Assembly: GCA_964577565.1 (NCBI GenBank)
Contig: CAZNZL010000001.1
Coordinates: 398,566 to 462,565 of the forward strand
DNA from: an uncultured Candidatus Saccharibacteria bacterium
GTDB taxonomy: Bacteria > Patescibacteriota > Saccharimonadia > Saccharimonadales > JAGQNJ01
Length of the DNA: 64,000 nt
Reading direction: 5' to 3'
The notes below the pieces were generated by a model that did no database searches, was not told the DNA's origin, and saw only the letters and a program-made list of their open reading frames with translations. Shown one piece after another: positions 1-7,914 of the stretch (the first letter of the stretch is position 1; every line of letters starts with the position of its first letter). A program made the translations under genes and the position numbers.

Positions 1-2
1 CT

Positions 3-80
3 GATTATGTAGTTGATGGCACGCTGCCACCTGATGTATTAGCTGGTGAAGTTGCACGGTTAATCACACAAAAGCCCTAA
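3..80 (+). CDS. 3' end of a gene truncated by the window edge (..DYVVDGTLPPDVLAGEVARLITQKP*)
   Basis: The frame is open from the window start to TAA at 78-80. No function can be assigned. Confidence 0.3.
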   Translation, partial: DYVVDGTLPPDVLAGEVARLITQKP

Positions 81-175
81 ATGTTATAATTAAGTTAGAT
101 ACATGATGTAGTTAATACTTATCATTGAGCTCTTACCAAATTCTTCACCGCCCCACTAGTATAGGGGGTATACCC

Positions 176-313
176 TCAGGCGTTATGTACCTCTGACGTG
201 CGTTCTTTCTTGTATTTATAGTCTAGGTAGTCGTCCCAGAGTAAATCACGCCAACGATGCACCTCCTCAATAATGAGGGGTGAACTATTTTCGAGGTGCT
301 CCACCAATTGCAT
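176..313 (-). CDS. small 45-aa ORF (MQLVEHLENSSPLIIEEVHRWRDLLWDDYLDYKYKKERTSEVHNA) overlapping repeat copy 1
   Basis: ATG at 313 is preceded by GAGGT; stop TGA at 176-178. It falls below the ORF-track cutoff. The paralogous copy at 892-967 has lost its start codon. Confidence 0.25.
   Translation of the reverse strand: MQLVEHLENSSPLIIEEVHRWRDLLWDDYLDYKYKKERTSEVHNA
215..290. repeat. 76-bp dispersed direct repeat, copy 1
   Basis: Hand alignment to 892-967 gives about 80% identity, with identical runs tttatagtcta, tcgtcccagagtaaat and ggggtgaactattt. Confidence 0.8.
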
Positions 314-387
314 TTTGACCTCTGTAACAAAGAGGTCTTTTGTTTGCGGTGGTTTATATATTTACAGAATATTGTATAATAAAACTT

Positions 388-828
388 ATGAATGAGAGAA
401 AAGAGCCCGGACTTACCTTACCTAAGAGTCATTTTAGATATTTTGATAGAGCAATAAGAGCTAACTATGGCAAAGGTATTGCTGAAATTGCTCAAGTCGA
501 CCCAGTTTTCGCCTTCCAAGCAATGCGAACAGGTTTAACGGCATTATTCACCAGACGCGGTCACCGAGAATTAATACAGCAGACCGAGATGGCTGATGCT
601 GAACTAAAAACTACTGCTGTAACTAATAGAGAACTTGACGGCGAAGCAGCTTTCACGGGTTCTGTTGGTCATGCTATGGATGGGCTGGTAGATACTCTGA
701 TAGCACGTTATGAAAGTAGTGAACAAGACTTCGTTATTAAGGTGGTTGGTAACCGTAGCTTGATGGACAGAATTAGGCATCGAGAACCCGTACCGCAGGT
801 AGTGGCCACAATTCCTCAAGTTCCATAA
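388..828 (+). CDS. hypothetical protein (146 aa from the ATG at 388)
   Basis: This is track ORF 340-828. I moved the start to ATG 388, which lies 7 nt after TATAAT (375-380) in a leaderless-type layout. No recognisable domain. Confidence 0.5.
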   Translation: MNERKEPGLTLPKSHFRYFDRAIRANYGKGIAEIAQVDPVFAFQAMRTGLTALFTRRGHRELIQQTEMADAELKTTAVTNRELDGEAAFTGSVGHAMDGLVDTLIARYESSEQDFVIKVVGNRSLMDRIRHREPVPQVVATIPQVP

Positions 829-891
829 TACTTATGCTCATGGGGCTATAACCGTAAGGGGCTATCAACATCTGTTGAGCGTTTTGTGCGG

Positions 892-967
892 TTTATAGTC
901 TAAGTAATCGTCCCAGAGTAAATTATGCAATCTATGTATTTCCTCAACAATGGGGGGTGAACTATTT
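892..967. repeat. 76-bp dispersed direct repeat, copy 2
   Basis: See copy 1. The minus-strand frame is conserved (..IVEEIHRLHNLLWDDYLDYKPHKTLNRC*) but has no start codon after an upstream TGA. Confidence 0.8.
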
Positions 968-1086
968 GAAGTAGTCCAGCTAAAAACATATCAGAGAGAG
1001 CGAAGTCTTTTGTTGTAAAATATAGAAGATAAAGTATAATTAGTATCCTTGCCTAGTTTCAGTGACAAGGAGAATAGGATATAACT

Positions 1087-1494
1087 ATGAGCTTACAAAA
1101 CAAGGAAGCTTGCGAAGTAACTTTTGAAAAACCGTCTTTAGACGACATTCTTGCGGGTATTGCAGCAAGAAAACCCAGTGATGAAAAACCCGCTGACGAT
1201 GAACAGCTAGAAGCTCTTGCGGGTTTAATACACCAGGCTTATACGCCCGAAGAAATCCTGGCGCTAAAGCGTAGAGCTACCGACTTGCTGGATGTATCAT
1301 ATGGCCAACCCCAAGTCTTGCGTTTTGTTAATATACTAGGTGGTCAAGTACATGACCCTATACCACTTGATGTGCAATCGCCAGTTTACACTCTTAGACA
1401 AGTTACACCTGAAGTTGTTGTTGAGCGACTTCCAAAGCCAAATTACTGGTTAGAGCAACTCAGTATTGTGGGTATACCCCCAGAAAACTGTTAG
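1087..1494 (+). CDS. hypothetical protein (135 aa)
   Basis: Track ORF with a TATAAT-like box and a purine-rich stretch upstream. No recognisable domain. Confidence 0.5.
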   Translation: MSLQNKEACEVTFEKPSLDDILAGIAARKPSDEKPADDEQLEALAGLIHQAYTPEEILALKRRATDLLDVSYGQPQVLRFVNILGGQVHDPIPLDVQSPVYTLRQVTPEVVVERLPKPNYWLEQLSIVGIPPENC

Positions 1495-1627
1495 CTGCCT
1501 ACCTCCGTACTCTCAATTATTTATGAAATGAACTATTTGTTTAGATGATAACCTTGGTAGATTTTACTTCCTAGGAAGACGGTTTGGAGGTGTGGGAATA
1601 TTATCGACATTTAACTGAAAAAAGTGC

Positions 1628-1655
1628 TTGACATATTATTATAAAGTGCTATAAT
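1628..1655 (+). promoter_or_regulatory. sigma70-type promoter P1 (TTGACA-16 nt-TGCTATAAT, extended -10)
   Basis: TTGACA at 1628-1633 and TATAAT at 1650-1655, preceded by TGc. Confidence 0.55.
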
Positions 1656-1860
1656 GACAATTACCGGAATCGTTAAGATTCTGACCGTACCGTTAGCATG
1701 AAGTGACTATGGCGGTCACCGACAAGGCATTGTCCAAGCATTGCAGAAGCAGACCAATCATAACGTCTCCTGCCATGGATAAACAATCGCTCCCTAAGGC
1801 GAACGTTTAACTAAGGCGTAAAGGAGGCGTTTTTTAGACCCCAAAAACAGACACCACAAC

Positions 1861-1890
1861 TTGACATAAGTCTAGGTTTTGTGCTATAAT
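1861..1890 (+). promoter_or_regulatory. sigma70-type promoter P2 (TTGACA-18 nt-TGCTATAAT, extended -10)
   Basis: TTGACA at 1861-1866 and TATAAT at 1885-1890, preceded by TGc. It lies about 160 nt upstream of the GC-rich CDS. Confidence 0.6.
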
Positions 1891-2049
1891 ATAAAGTTAG
1901 GCTCACGGATGTAACAAGGGTAATGTAAAGCGTTAAGTCATTCCGTTTCTGACGTTCATAGGAGGGACGAAAACAGAGATGGGCGGACTTCCCCCCACGC
2001 TGTGGAGCGTTATAACCTTGTACATTCCCAATTAGAGAAAGGAACCCCA

Positions 2050-3753
2050 GTGAATCACTGGACAAAGAGAGTCCTCACGCTTGTCGCGTGGTGGCTGTGG
2101 ATCCCCGTCTTGTACCTGCTGATGCGAGGCATCGTTGCCCTGCTGTTCTCAGGTCATACGTGGGGTCGAGCAATGGACCAATGGCTGATGGCCAACATCC
2201 TTTCGGGTGGTGGCTGGCTCTGGATCATGCTCACCTTCGGCTTCATTGGTACTGGAGTGATCCTGCTGGCCGAATGGCTCGATGGAGAAACAGGCCCTCC
2301 TGTCTCACAAGCACTCGGAGTAGTTAGTCTCGTGTTGGCGCTTGTGATGATCGGCCAGACGGTTCGTGTGGAATGGGACAATGACAAGGACTTCGGGCGG
2401 TACTACAATGCCGCAACGACGTTCTACGTCTCTGACACCGACGAGCCGCCGACATCGCTCAATCTGCTGTTCAATGATGCACGGCAGAGCAACACCGACA
2501 AGTGCGACTTGGTCGGCGGAGCTGACGTCCCCAGCTGCATCAAGCAGGGAACGCTCAGCGAAGCTGGTTGGGATGCCCGCGTCGGGTCGCTCGATGGTGC
2601 CAAGATCGCTCTCAGGCGCACAACCGGTGACGCCCAACGAGTGAGCCTCAATGTCAAGACGCTGACTTACCTCAACGCTGGTGGTGAGCAGCAGGCACGG
2701 TGGAGCGGCATCATGGACGGCAAGGGCAGGCAACAGCCCATGGCGGGCGTCGCTGAATGGGAAGGCTCCGGCCAGCCCACGCAGTGTCAGTTTGAAGGGC
2801 AGTTCGAGCTCGACCGTGCATTCGGTGGAGAACGAATGAACAGCCTGCCAAACCTGCTGGCTGAGAAGTACCCAGCACTTCGCTGGAACATCTCTGACGT
2901 GTGGGGTTACTGCGACGGCGATGAGCCAATCGTGGTGATTCCGATGACACGCCAGATGTACTTCAAGGACCGGACGGTTGACACCGCCGGTGGCATCGTG
3001 ACGGTCAGGGGCGACAATGGCGATACGAAGCTGGAACATTTCAGCAGCGTCAAGCCGCGCCAGTTCCCCGGGCCGGTGTACCCGATGTCACTGGTTGTCA
3101 AGCAGCGTGATGAGATGCGTTGGGCAGCGGGCCGAAAGAACGCCGAGCCAAGTCGGGGTAGTTTCGGTTACGACCCAGCCACCTCAGAAGCGCAGGCTGG
3201 CAATGTGTCGGAATACCTGCTCCGCAACGCGGATACCGGCAGGCTTGAGTGGGTGACACCGCTGACGCTGCGTGGCAGCTCCTCGGAGCTCTTCGTGGCT
3301 TACGCAGTCACCCCCGCTGACACGGTGGCCGACAACCAGTTCAACGAGCTGTCGGTGTACGTCCTCGACGAGGACGATCCGCGACGGATCAACATCGACA
3401 ACCTCGAGGCGGACGCCCGGAACTTCCTGGCGACCAATGCAGGCACGTTCATCTCCAACGGCGGCAAGCTCATCGAGTTCACCCCCGTGGATGGAGACCT
3501 GTGGCGCGCCTTCGGCGAGCTGAACGGCCGGGTGGTCTACCGCCTGGACATCAGCGCTGGCAACAACATCCGTCCGAAGCTGGTCAACATCGGACCCTCA
3601 AGCGAAAGCGACGAGGAGGATCCCGACGAGCCCAGCAACGCCGCTTGCGGCAACGAACTCACTGAGCTCAGCCCAAAGCAATTGGGTGAGTGCCTCAGGG
3701 TGTTCACGGACGAGCTGGTCAAGCGCCAAGAAGTTGCCACTGGCACCTCCTAG
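2050..3753 (+). CDS. GC-rich integral membrane protein with a large Cys-containing extracytoplasmic domain and an acidic C-terminal tail (cassette A)
   Basis: Track ORF 2002-3753. I prefer GTG 2050 as the start because of GAAAGGA 7 nt upstream. It has 3-4 hydrophobic helices at the N-terminus, and sampled lines are 58-62% GC with GC-rich third positions. I recognise no family. Confidence 0.65.
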   Translation: MNHWTKRVLTLVAWWLWIPVLYLLMRGIVALLFSGHTWGRAMDQWLMANILSGGGWLWIMLTFGFIGTGVILLAEWLDGETGPPVSQALGVVSLVLALVMIGQTVRVEWDNDKDFGRYYNAATTFYVSDTDEPPTSLNLLFNDARQSNTDKCDLVGGADVPSCIKQGTLSEAGWDARVGSLDGAKIALRRTTGDAQRVSLNVKTLTYLNAGGEQQARWSGIMDGKGRQQPMAGVAEWEGSGQPTQCQFEGQFELDRAFGGERMNSLPNLLAEKYPALRWNISDVWGYCDGDEPIVVIPMTRQMYFKDRTVDTAGGIVTVRGDNGDTKLEHFSSVKPRQFPGPVYPMSLVVKQRDEMRWAAGRKNAEPSRGSFGYDPATSEAQAGNVSEYLLRNADTGRLEWVTPLTLRGSSSELFVAYAVTPADTVADNQFNELSVYVLDEDDPRRINIDNLEADARNFLATNAGTFISNGGKLIEFTPVDGDLWRAFGELNGRVVYRLDISAGNNIRPKLVNIGPSSESDEEDPDEPSNAACGNELTELSPKQLGECLRVFTDELVKRQEVATGTS

Positions 3754-3787
3754 CCTTCACAGCTAGCCTTTCTCAGGAAATGTGGAG

Positions 3788-3804
3788 CCTCTTGATCGAA
3801 GAGG
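3788..3804 (+). terminator. hairpin after cassette A (CCTCTT-gatcg-AAGAGG followed by taatttgtttc)
   Basis: A 6-bp stem 35 nt after the stop, with a U-rich tail. This is a weak intrinsic terminator. Confidence 0.35.
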
Positions 3805-4000
3805 TAATTTGTTTCGGTGTGCAAGCACCTAAAAGAAACGAATCGATCTGGTTGAGAGACACCAACAATCTCTCACTAGGGTGAGGTTGCTTGCGTTTGT
3901 TCAGCTTCGGCTGTTCAACCCTGCAATCTCCCCTTAACGATCCGTAGAGTAATAACTGCGCTGATGAGCCGTAACGGCGGCGAAATCGTAACTGAACTTG

Positions 4001-4027
4001 TTGACTTTTTAGCATAAGTGGTATACT
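4001..4027 (+). promoter_or_regulatory. promoter of the CAP-domain gene (TTGACT..TGgTATACT)
   Basis: TTGACT at 4001-4006 and TATACT at 4022-4027 with an upstream TGg. The sequence is nearly identical to the pdaD promoter at 37420-37447. Confidence 0.5.
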
Positions 4028-4056
4028 AGGCGTATCTTTAAAGTCAAGGAATAAAA

Positions 4057-5133
4057 ATGGCCAAAAAATCAAAAACAACTAAAAAATCTAACTATTTTAC
4101 TACCCTATCTCGTACCCAAAAATTTATCGTTATTGCTGTTGTAGCAATTGTGGGTTTGGCAACACTGCGCTTCCTATCTGCCCAATCTGCCAAGCAAAGC
4201 CTCAATCTTAATTTGCCCACTGAAAAAGTTGCTCTTAGCATCAGCGATGAAAAACCTATGGCTGTCAGCCGTGACGAGTCGGGCAAGCTTGTTTATGAAT
4301 CACGCGGTAAATCAGTTGACGTAACCGCCAGCGGTACCGTCTACTGTACGCCCGAAGGTAACGGAGAAGTTACCGCCGCTCAAATTACGCAAGAAGAAGT
4401 CGATAAAATTCTTACCGATGTTAAAAGTAAAAACCCCGAAGCCACGGCTGCCGACGCCAGTGATATAAAAACTTCGGTTGGCAACAATAAACAGCTTATC
4501 TTGGCCGATGATGGCTCGACTGATGTTTTAGTGGGTGATCAAAACAATGAAGCCCTTAAACAAGCCGAACAAATTTTGGAGGCGGTGTGTGATCGTACTA
4601 ACCAAACCGTACCAGCAGAAGCCGTACCAGTTATGACGCCCGACGATTCAAACAAACCAACCTCAACACTGAATAGTAGATTTAGCGTTATTCCTAAAGC
4701 AAGCGCTGCTGGCGGGACAACAGGCCAAGCAATTGAGCAAGACCAGATTAATAGAATTAATAACGAAAGAAGAGCGCGCGGTTTGCCAATCTTAGGGCGC
4801 TCTGAATGCTTAACGATTGCGGCCAGAAAATGGACAAACTATATGGCAACAACCAATGTCTTAAGCCACAGCAACCTCGTAGGGCCGGTAGAGAATAACT
4901 GCGGGGCAAATTGGTGGCAAAGAATTGGTGAGAACGTTGGCTACGGTGGAGATTCGGCTACTATTTTTAATGCATATATGAACAGTAAAGGCCATCGTGA
5001 AAATATTCTTAGGCCCGAATATCAACGCGTTGGCGTTGGTGCAATGACCTATAAACACCCAGCCAATCCATGGGTCTTAGTATGGACAACTCAGTTATTT
5101 GCTCAATGTAAGGGCGCCTGCGCTAACAAATAG
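4057..5133 (+). CDS. membrane-anchored secreted protein with a C-terminal CAP/SCP (YkwD-like) domain
   Basis: N-terminal TM segment, and a C-terminal region INNERRARGLP..GENVGYG..YMNSKGHRENIL..YQRVGVG typical of CAP/SCP/PR1-like domains. RBS is AAGGAA. Confidence 0.75.
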   Translation: MAKKSKTTKKSNYFTTLSRTQKFIVIAVVAIVGLATLRFLSAQSAKQSLNLNLPTEKVALSISDEKPMAVSRDESGKLVYESRGKSVDVTASGTVYCTPEGNGEVTAAQITQEEVDKILTDVKSKNPEATAADASDIKTSVGNNKQLILADDGSTDVLVGDQNNEALKQAEQILEAVCDRTNQTVPAEAVPVMTPDDSNKPTSTLNSRFSVIPKASAAGGTTGQAIEQDQINRINNERRARGLPILGRSECLTIAARKWTNYMATTNVLSHSNLVGPVENNCGANWWQRIGENVGYGGDSATIFNAYMNSKGHRENILRPEYQRVGVGAMTYKHPANPWVLVWTTQLFAQCKGACANK

Positions 5134-5266
5134 CTAATAGCTTTGCTGAAACTGCATCATGATGCTCAGCAAGCTCTGCAAAATGTTTCATGCCGCAATG
5201 ATAGCACGCCAAATCAAAATAACCATAAGTAGCTTGTACTTGATAACAGAGGCTGTGAGAAACTTT

Positions 5267-5986
5267 TTACTCCTGAGGCGAAACGTAGTGTGCTACAAGT
5301 TCGGCTTGTTCAGTAGCTTTAAATATATCATATGCCCATACAAGCGCCGCAATTCTATCCTCATAGTTGGTATAATCGCCGAATGGCTCTACAGTGACTT
5401 GCCGACATTCTGAACCATTGCTAACCATAAAATCTACCCCGTATCTTGGAGTAAAGTGTTGGAAATTTTTGATTTCAAGATTGCCGTTACCGTTCACATA
5501 AAATAATGGTGACCATGAGTTGATTCTAGCATCGCGGCTAGGCATCACAGCCCCTGAGTCATTTACAAATATAGCGTCCACGAATAGCTGCGCATCACCA
5601 TCTGTATCTACGGTCACGTCTTCAGTAAAAAAAGCTATTTCATCATTGAGCCTATACTCAGTATTGGTCATCAATCGTATATTTGGACCGATTTTAGGCG
5701 ACCCGTTTTGCCCGTGTACTTCAGGAACAAATACTGCAACTAAAGTTTCTTTGTCGTGACCATCAACCAATACGTTCGATACAGGATGAGAACGTTCTCG
5801 GTATACTGCCCATCCAGCTTTTCCATGTAGGGCATTAAGGCCTAGTAGTCTTTGGATAACGCTAGCCCTGAATTCGGCTACTCGTCCATAATACTGCGCC
5901 TCTAAAAATGTAGCGTTTTTCTCACGCAGCTCTTCAATAGCTTTTGCTTCTACGCGCTCAACCTCTGGCATTTCGAACTCGGCCAT
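5267..5986 (-). CDS. hypothetical protein (239 aa)
   Basis: Long ORF with ordinary composition. No recognisable motif. Confidence 0.55.
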   Translation of the reverse strand: MAEFEMPEVERVEAKAIEELREKNATFLEAQYYGRVAEFRASVIQRLLGLNALHGKAGWAVYRERSHPVSNVLVDGHDKETLVAVFVPEVHGQNGSPKIGPNIRLMTNTEYRLNDEIAFFTEDVTVDTDGDAQLFVDAIFVNDSGAVMPSRDARINSWSPLFYVNGNGNLEIKNFQHFTPRYGVDFMVSNGSECRQVTVEPFGDYTNYEDRIAALVWAYDIFKATEQAELVAHYVSPQE

Positions 5987-6193
5987 CTTGCTGCCTATTG
6001 TACTGGCTTATTAAATATTGTCTACTGTTAATTTGCTTGGTTACAAGGCATGAGCTTCGTTGATCATTGCCTCGCCAGGTTGAAGATCAATTTCGTCGGG
6101 CACTATTTCTGTCATAGCCTCGATAACTGCGTCATGAGGGTCTCGGTAATTTTCGGTTTAATTGAGAGGAAAGTTCGCTTGAAGGGTCGCTGG

Positions 6194-6239
6194 GCGGGGG
6201 TGGGCTTGATACTAAAGTACCAAAATTCACCACCCCCGC
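6194..6239. repeat. GC-rich inverted repeat / long-loop hairpin directly after the cassette B stop
   Basis: GCGGGGGTGG (6194-6203) and CCACCCCCGC (6230-6239) form a perfect 10-bp stem with a 26-nt AT-rich loop and no U-run. It starts 7 nt after the stop at 6247-6249. Confidence 0.5.
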
Positions 6240-6246
6240 GGCGACC

Positions 6247-6795
6247 TCAAGCTGACCTTCCTCGGTCGAGGCGAACGACGTTGTCCGGCTCGGCTGGATC
6301 TTGCCCGTGTTCGAGCATTGCGATATCGCGGTCGAGCTTCATGTAGCGCAGGAGGACCTTCCAGTCGCTTTTCGACGTTCTGACGCCCTTGAGCGCATAG
6401 CCCTCGGGTGGCTTGTAGTCGTTGCGATCTTTCTGGCCGAGGCCGTTGACGATGATGATCTTGATCATCCCGCAACGCTCGCAGCGTTCGGTCTCGTAGA
6501 ACGCGGCACCGATGGGGTGGTAGTCGAGCATGATGTCGACCTCATCCCAACGGTGTTGACGTGCCTTACACTGCGCGTGGTCGTAGCTTCGAGACTTGAA
6601 GTCTTCAAAGCTTTCACCAAGCTTGGGCTTGAGCGCGAACAACGCCTCGCGGACGTAACGCTCGCGACGCATGAGCTCGTTGAATTGAGCCCTCGTGATT
6701 GCGTCGTCGTCGTACAGCGCTTCGATCCGCTGCTTCATGGTCGGCGTGTTTGCCAACGCTGTCACCAACTTTCTGCTAGGGTACTTTCCTCTCAA
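6247..6795 (-). CDS. GC-rich hypothetical soluble protein with a CxxC pair (ETERCERCG) (cassette B); start uncertain
   Basis: Sampled lines are 55-57% GC with GC-rich third positions. Candidate starts are TTG 6795, GTG 6765 and ATG 6738. No domain recognised. Confidence 0.55.
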   Translation of the reverse strand: MRGKYPSRKLVTALANTPTMKQRIEALYDDDAITRAQFNELMRRERYVREALFALKPKLGESFEDFKSRSYDHAQCKARQHRWDEVDIMLDYHPIGAAFYETERCERCGMIKIIIVNGLGQKDRNDYKPPEGYALKGVRTSKSDWKVLLRYMKLDRDIAMLEHGQDPAEPDNVVRLDRGRSA

Positions 6796-6815
6796 ATTCC
6801 TTACGGAACTATATT

Positions 6816-6844
6816 ATTGTACTACATCATCGATATTTTGTCAA
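6816..6844 (-). promoter_or_regulatory. promoter of cassette B (TTGACA-17 nt-TACAAT)
   Basis: On the minus strand, TTGACA is at 6844-6839 and TACAAT at 6821-6816, in AT-rich sequence immediately upstream of the GC-rich CDS. Confidence 0.5.
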
Positions 6845-6919
6845 TAGACGGAGCGGTAACCACAGGTGTAAACTGCCGCCTACCCTGGGTGCTGCGCGGA
6901 ACGGGTGGCGAAGTTATTA

Positions 6920-7210
6920 TTACGCGCCCTGATTGGTGTCAGGAAATAACTGAATTACTTCCGCCTCATCGGGCGTTACCAAATGCAAGGTTGGCTGCCG
7001 AGCTTCATCGATCTCAGGCACTTCTTCAATTGTAATTTCACCGCCCGCACGAGTTATTGCACCACTCAGAGTACCTAGAAATTTCGCGGCGATGTCCGGG
7101 TGACTCTCTTCTCTGCCAGTACCCAGATTAATCACCGTAACATCGTTGCCGACCATGTCGTGCCGACGTTTTATACCCCATCTTTCGTTTGGCTGTTCTT
7201 TATCTGTCAT
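6920..7210 (-). CDS. hypothetical protein (96 aa)
   Basis: Track ORF with an AAGGAG RBS 7 nt upstream of the ATG. Confidence 0.5.
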   Translation of the reverse strand: MTDKEQPNERWGIKRRHDMVGNDVTVINLGTGREESHPDIAAKFLGTLSGAITRAGGEITIEEVPEIDEARQPTLHLVTPDEAEVIQLFPDTNQGA

Positions 7211-7261
7211 AAATAACTCCTTAATACTTTTATTAAACGGTAATTATAAGATGTACGCAAG

Positions 7262-7831
7262 CTAGTTGTTATTGCGGCGGGGGTGGTTGTTACCGGGACC
7301 AGTGTTGTCAGGTTGTTCGGGTTCTTCTTGAGGTTCTTCTTCTAGCTCGTCTGGTTCGGGCTCTTCTTGATCAGGCCCCGCACCGCCTCCTCGGCCAGGC
7401 GAATTGTCTTGCACGGGTAACTGCTGGGGGGCCGCTTCTGGTGTTGGCTCTGCTGGTACCTCTTTAATGGTTGTGCGTTTTGGCGGCGCAGCCGCTACTT
7501 CATCGCCGAGCAGTTGCCACTTCATATCATAGAAAAGGTAGGTGGTTTGGGGGCTCGTTTCATCTGGCGCGATTTGTAGTCTGTACACATCTTGACCACC
7601 TCGCCTCATTTTATGGGCGCGTATAACAGCATGCCCCTGATACGTCATATGCACGTAATCCAAAACATCGTATGGAACCTCTATGTCGTCTATGAAACTG
7701 CCGGGTAAAGGGCGGGAGATTCCGTTATCTGGCACACCTGAGCCCACTTGGGCGCCAACCGAGTCAGCCACCGCCACACTAGTCACCGCCAACACCACTG
7801 CAGCCGCACCTGACACAATAAGCCTCCTCAT
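7262..7831 (-). CDS. secreted protein with a signal peptide, a possible PepSY-like core and an acidic Pro/Glu-rich tail
   Basis: Start moved to MRRLIVSGAAAVVLAV (GAGGGGG RBS). The signal-peptide-like N-terminus and the EEPEPDELEEEPQEEPEQ tail are visible. The PepSY assignment is weak. Confidence 0.55.
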   Translation of the reverse strand: MRRLIVSGAAAVVLAVTSVAVADSVGAQVGSGVPDNGISRPLPGSFIDDIEVPYDVLDYVHMTYQGHAVIRAHKMRRGGQDVYRLQIAPDETSPQTTYLFYDMKWQLLGDEVAAAPPKRTTIKEVPAEPTPEAAPQQLPVQDNSPGRGGGAGPDQEEPEPDELEEEPQEEPEQPDNTGPGNNHPRRNNN

Positions 7832-7914
7832 ATATTCCCCCTCGTTAATCAACGTGAAGTATAGAGGCTGTAGCTTATTGCTGCCATAAAATATTTAACA
7901 GAATAGTCAACTCG

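Noticed and set aside
1628-2049. Idea that the two promoter-driven non-coding stretches upstream of cassette A are a retron-like msr/msd or other RT-dependent ncRNA.
   Set aside because: No reverse transcriptase ORF is present anywhere in the window, and there are no flanking a1/a2-type inverted repeats.
2088-3884. Overlapping alternative-frame and antisense ORFs in cassette A, for example 2305-3039 (-, 244 aa).
   Set aside because: These are high-GC artefacts nested in the 567-aa frame, which alone has an RBS, TM helices and protein-like composition.
1665-3944. Imperfect inverted match flanking cassette A: CGGAATCGTTAAG at 1665-1677 against CTTAACGATCCG at 3933-3944.
   Set aside because: The match is only 12 of 13 positions with one indel and does not extend. 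That is too weak to call terminal inverted repeats of a mobile element.
6194-6239. Whether the long-loop G/C hairpins after cassettes B and D are integron attC sites.
   Set aside because: No RYYYAAC / GTTRRRY core sites flank the stems, and no integron integrase is nearby.
6301-7035. Plus-strand 244-aa ORF antisense to cassette B.
   Set aside because: Its Val/Leu/Arg-rich composition is typical of antisense frames, and it runs through the AT-rich promoter into the next gene. The minus frame has GC-rich third positions, a promoter and a downstream hairpin.
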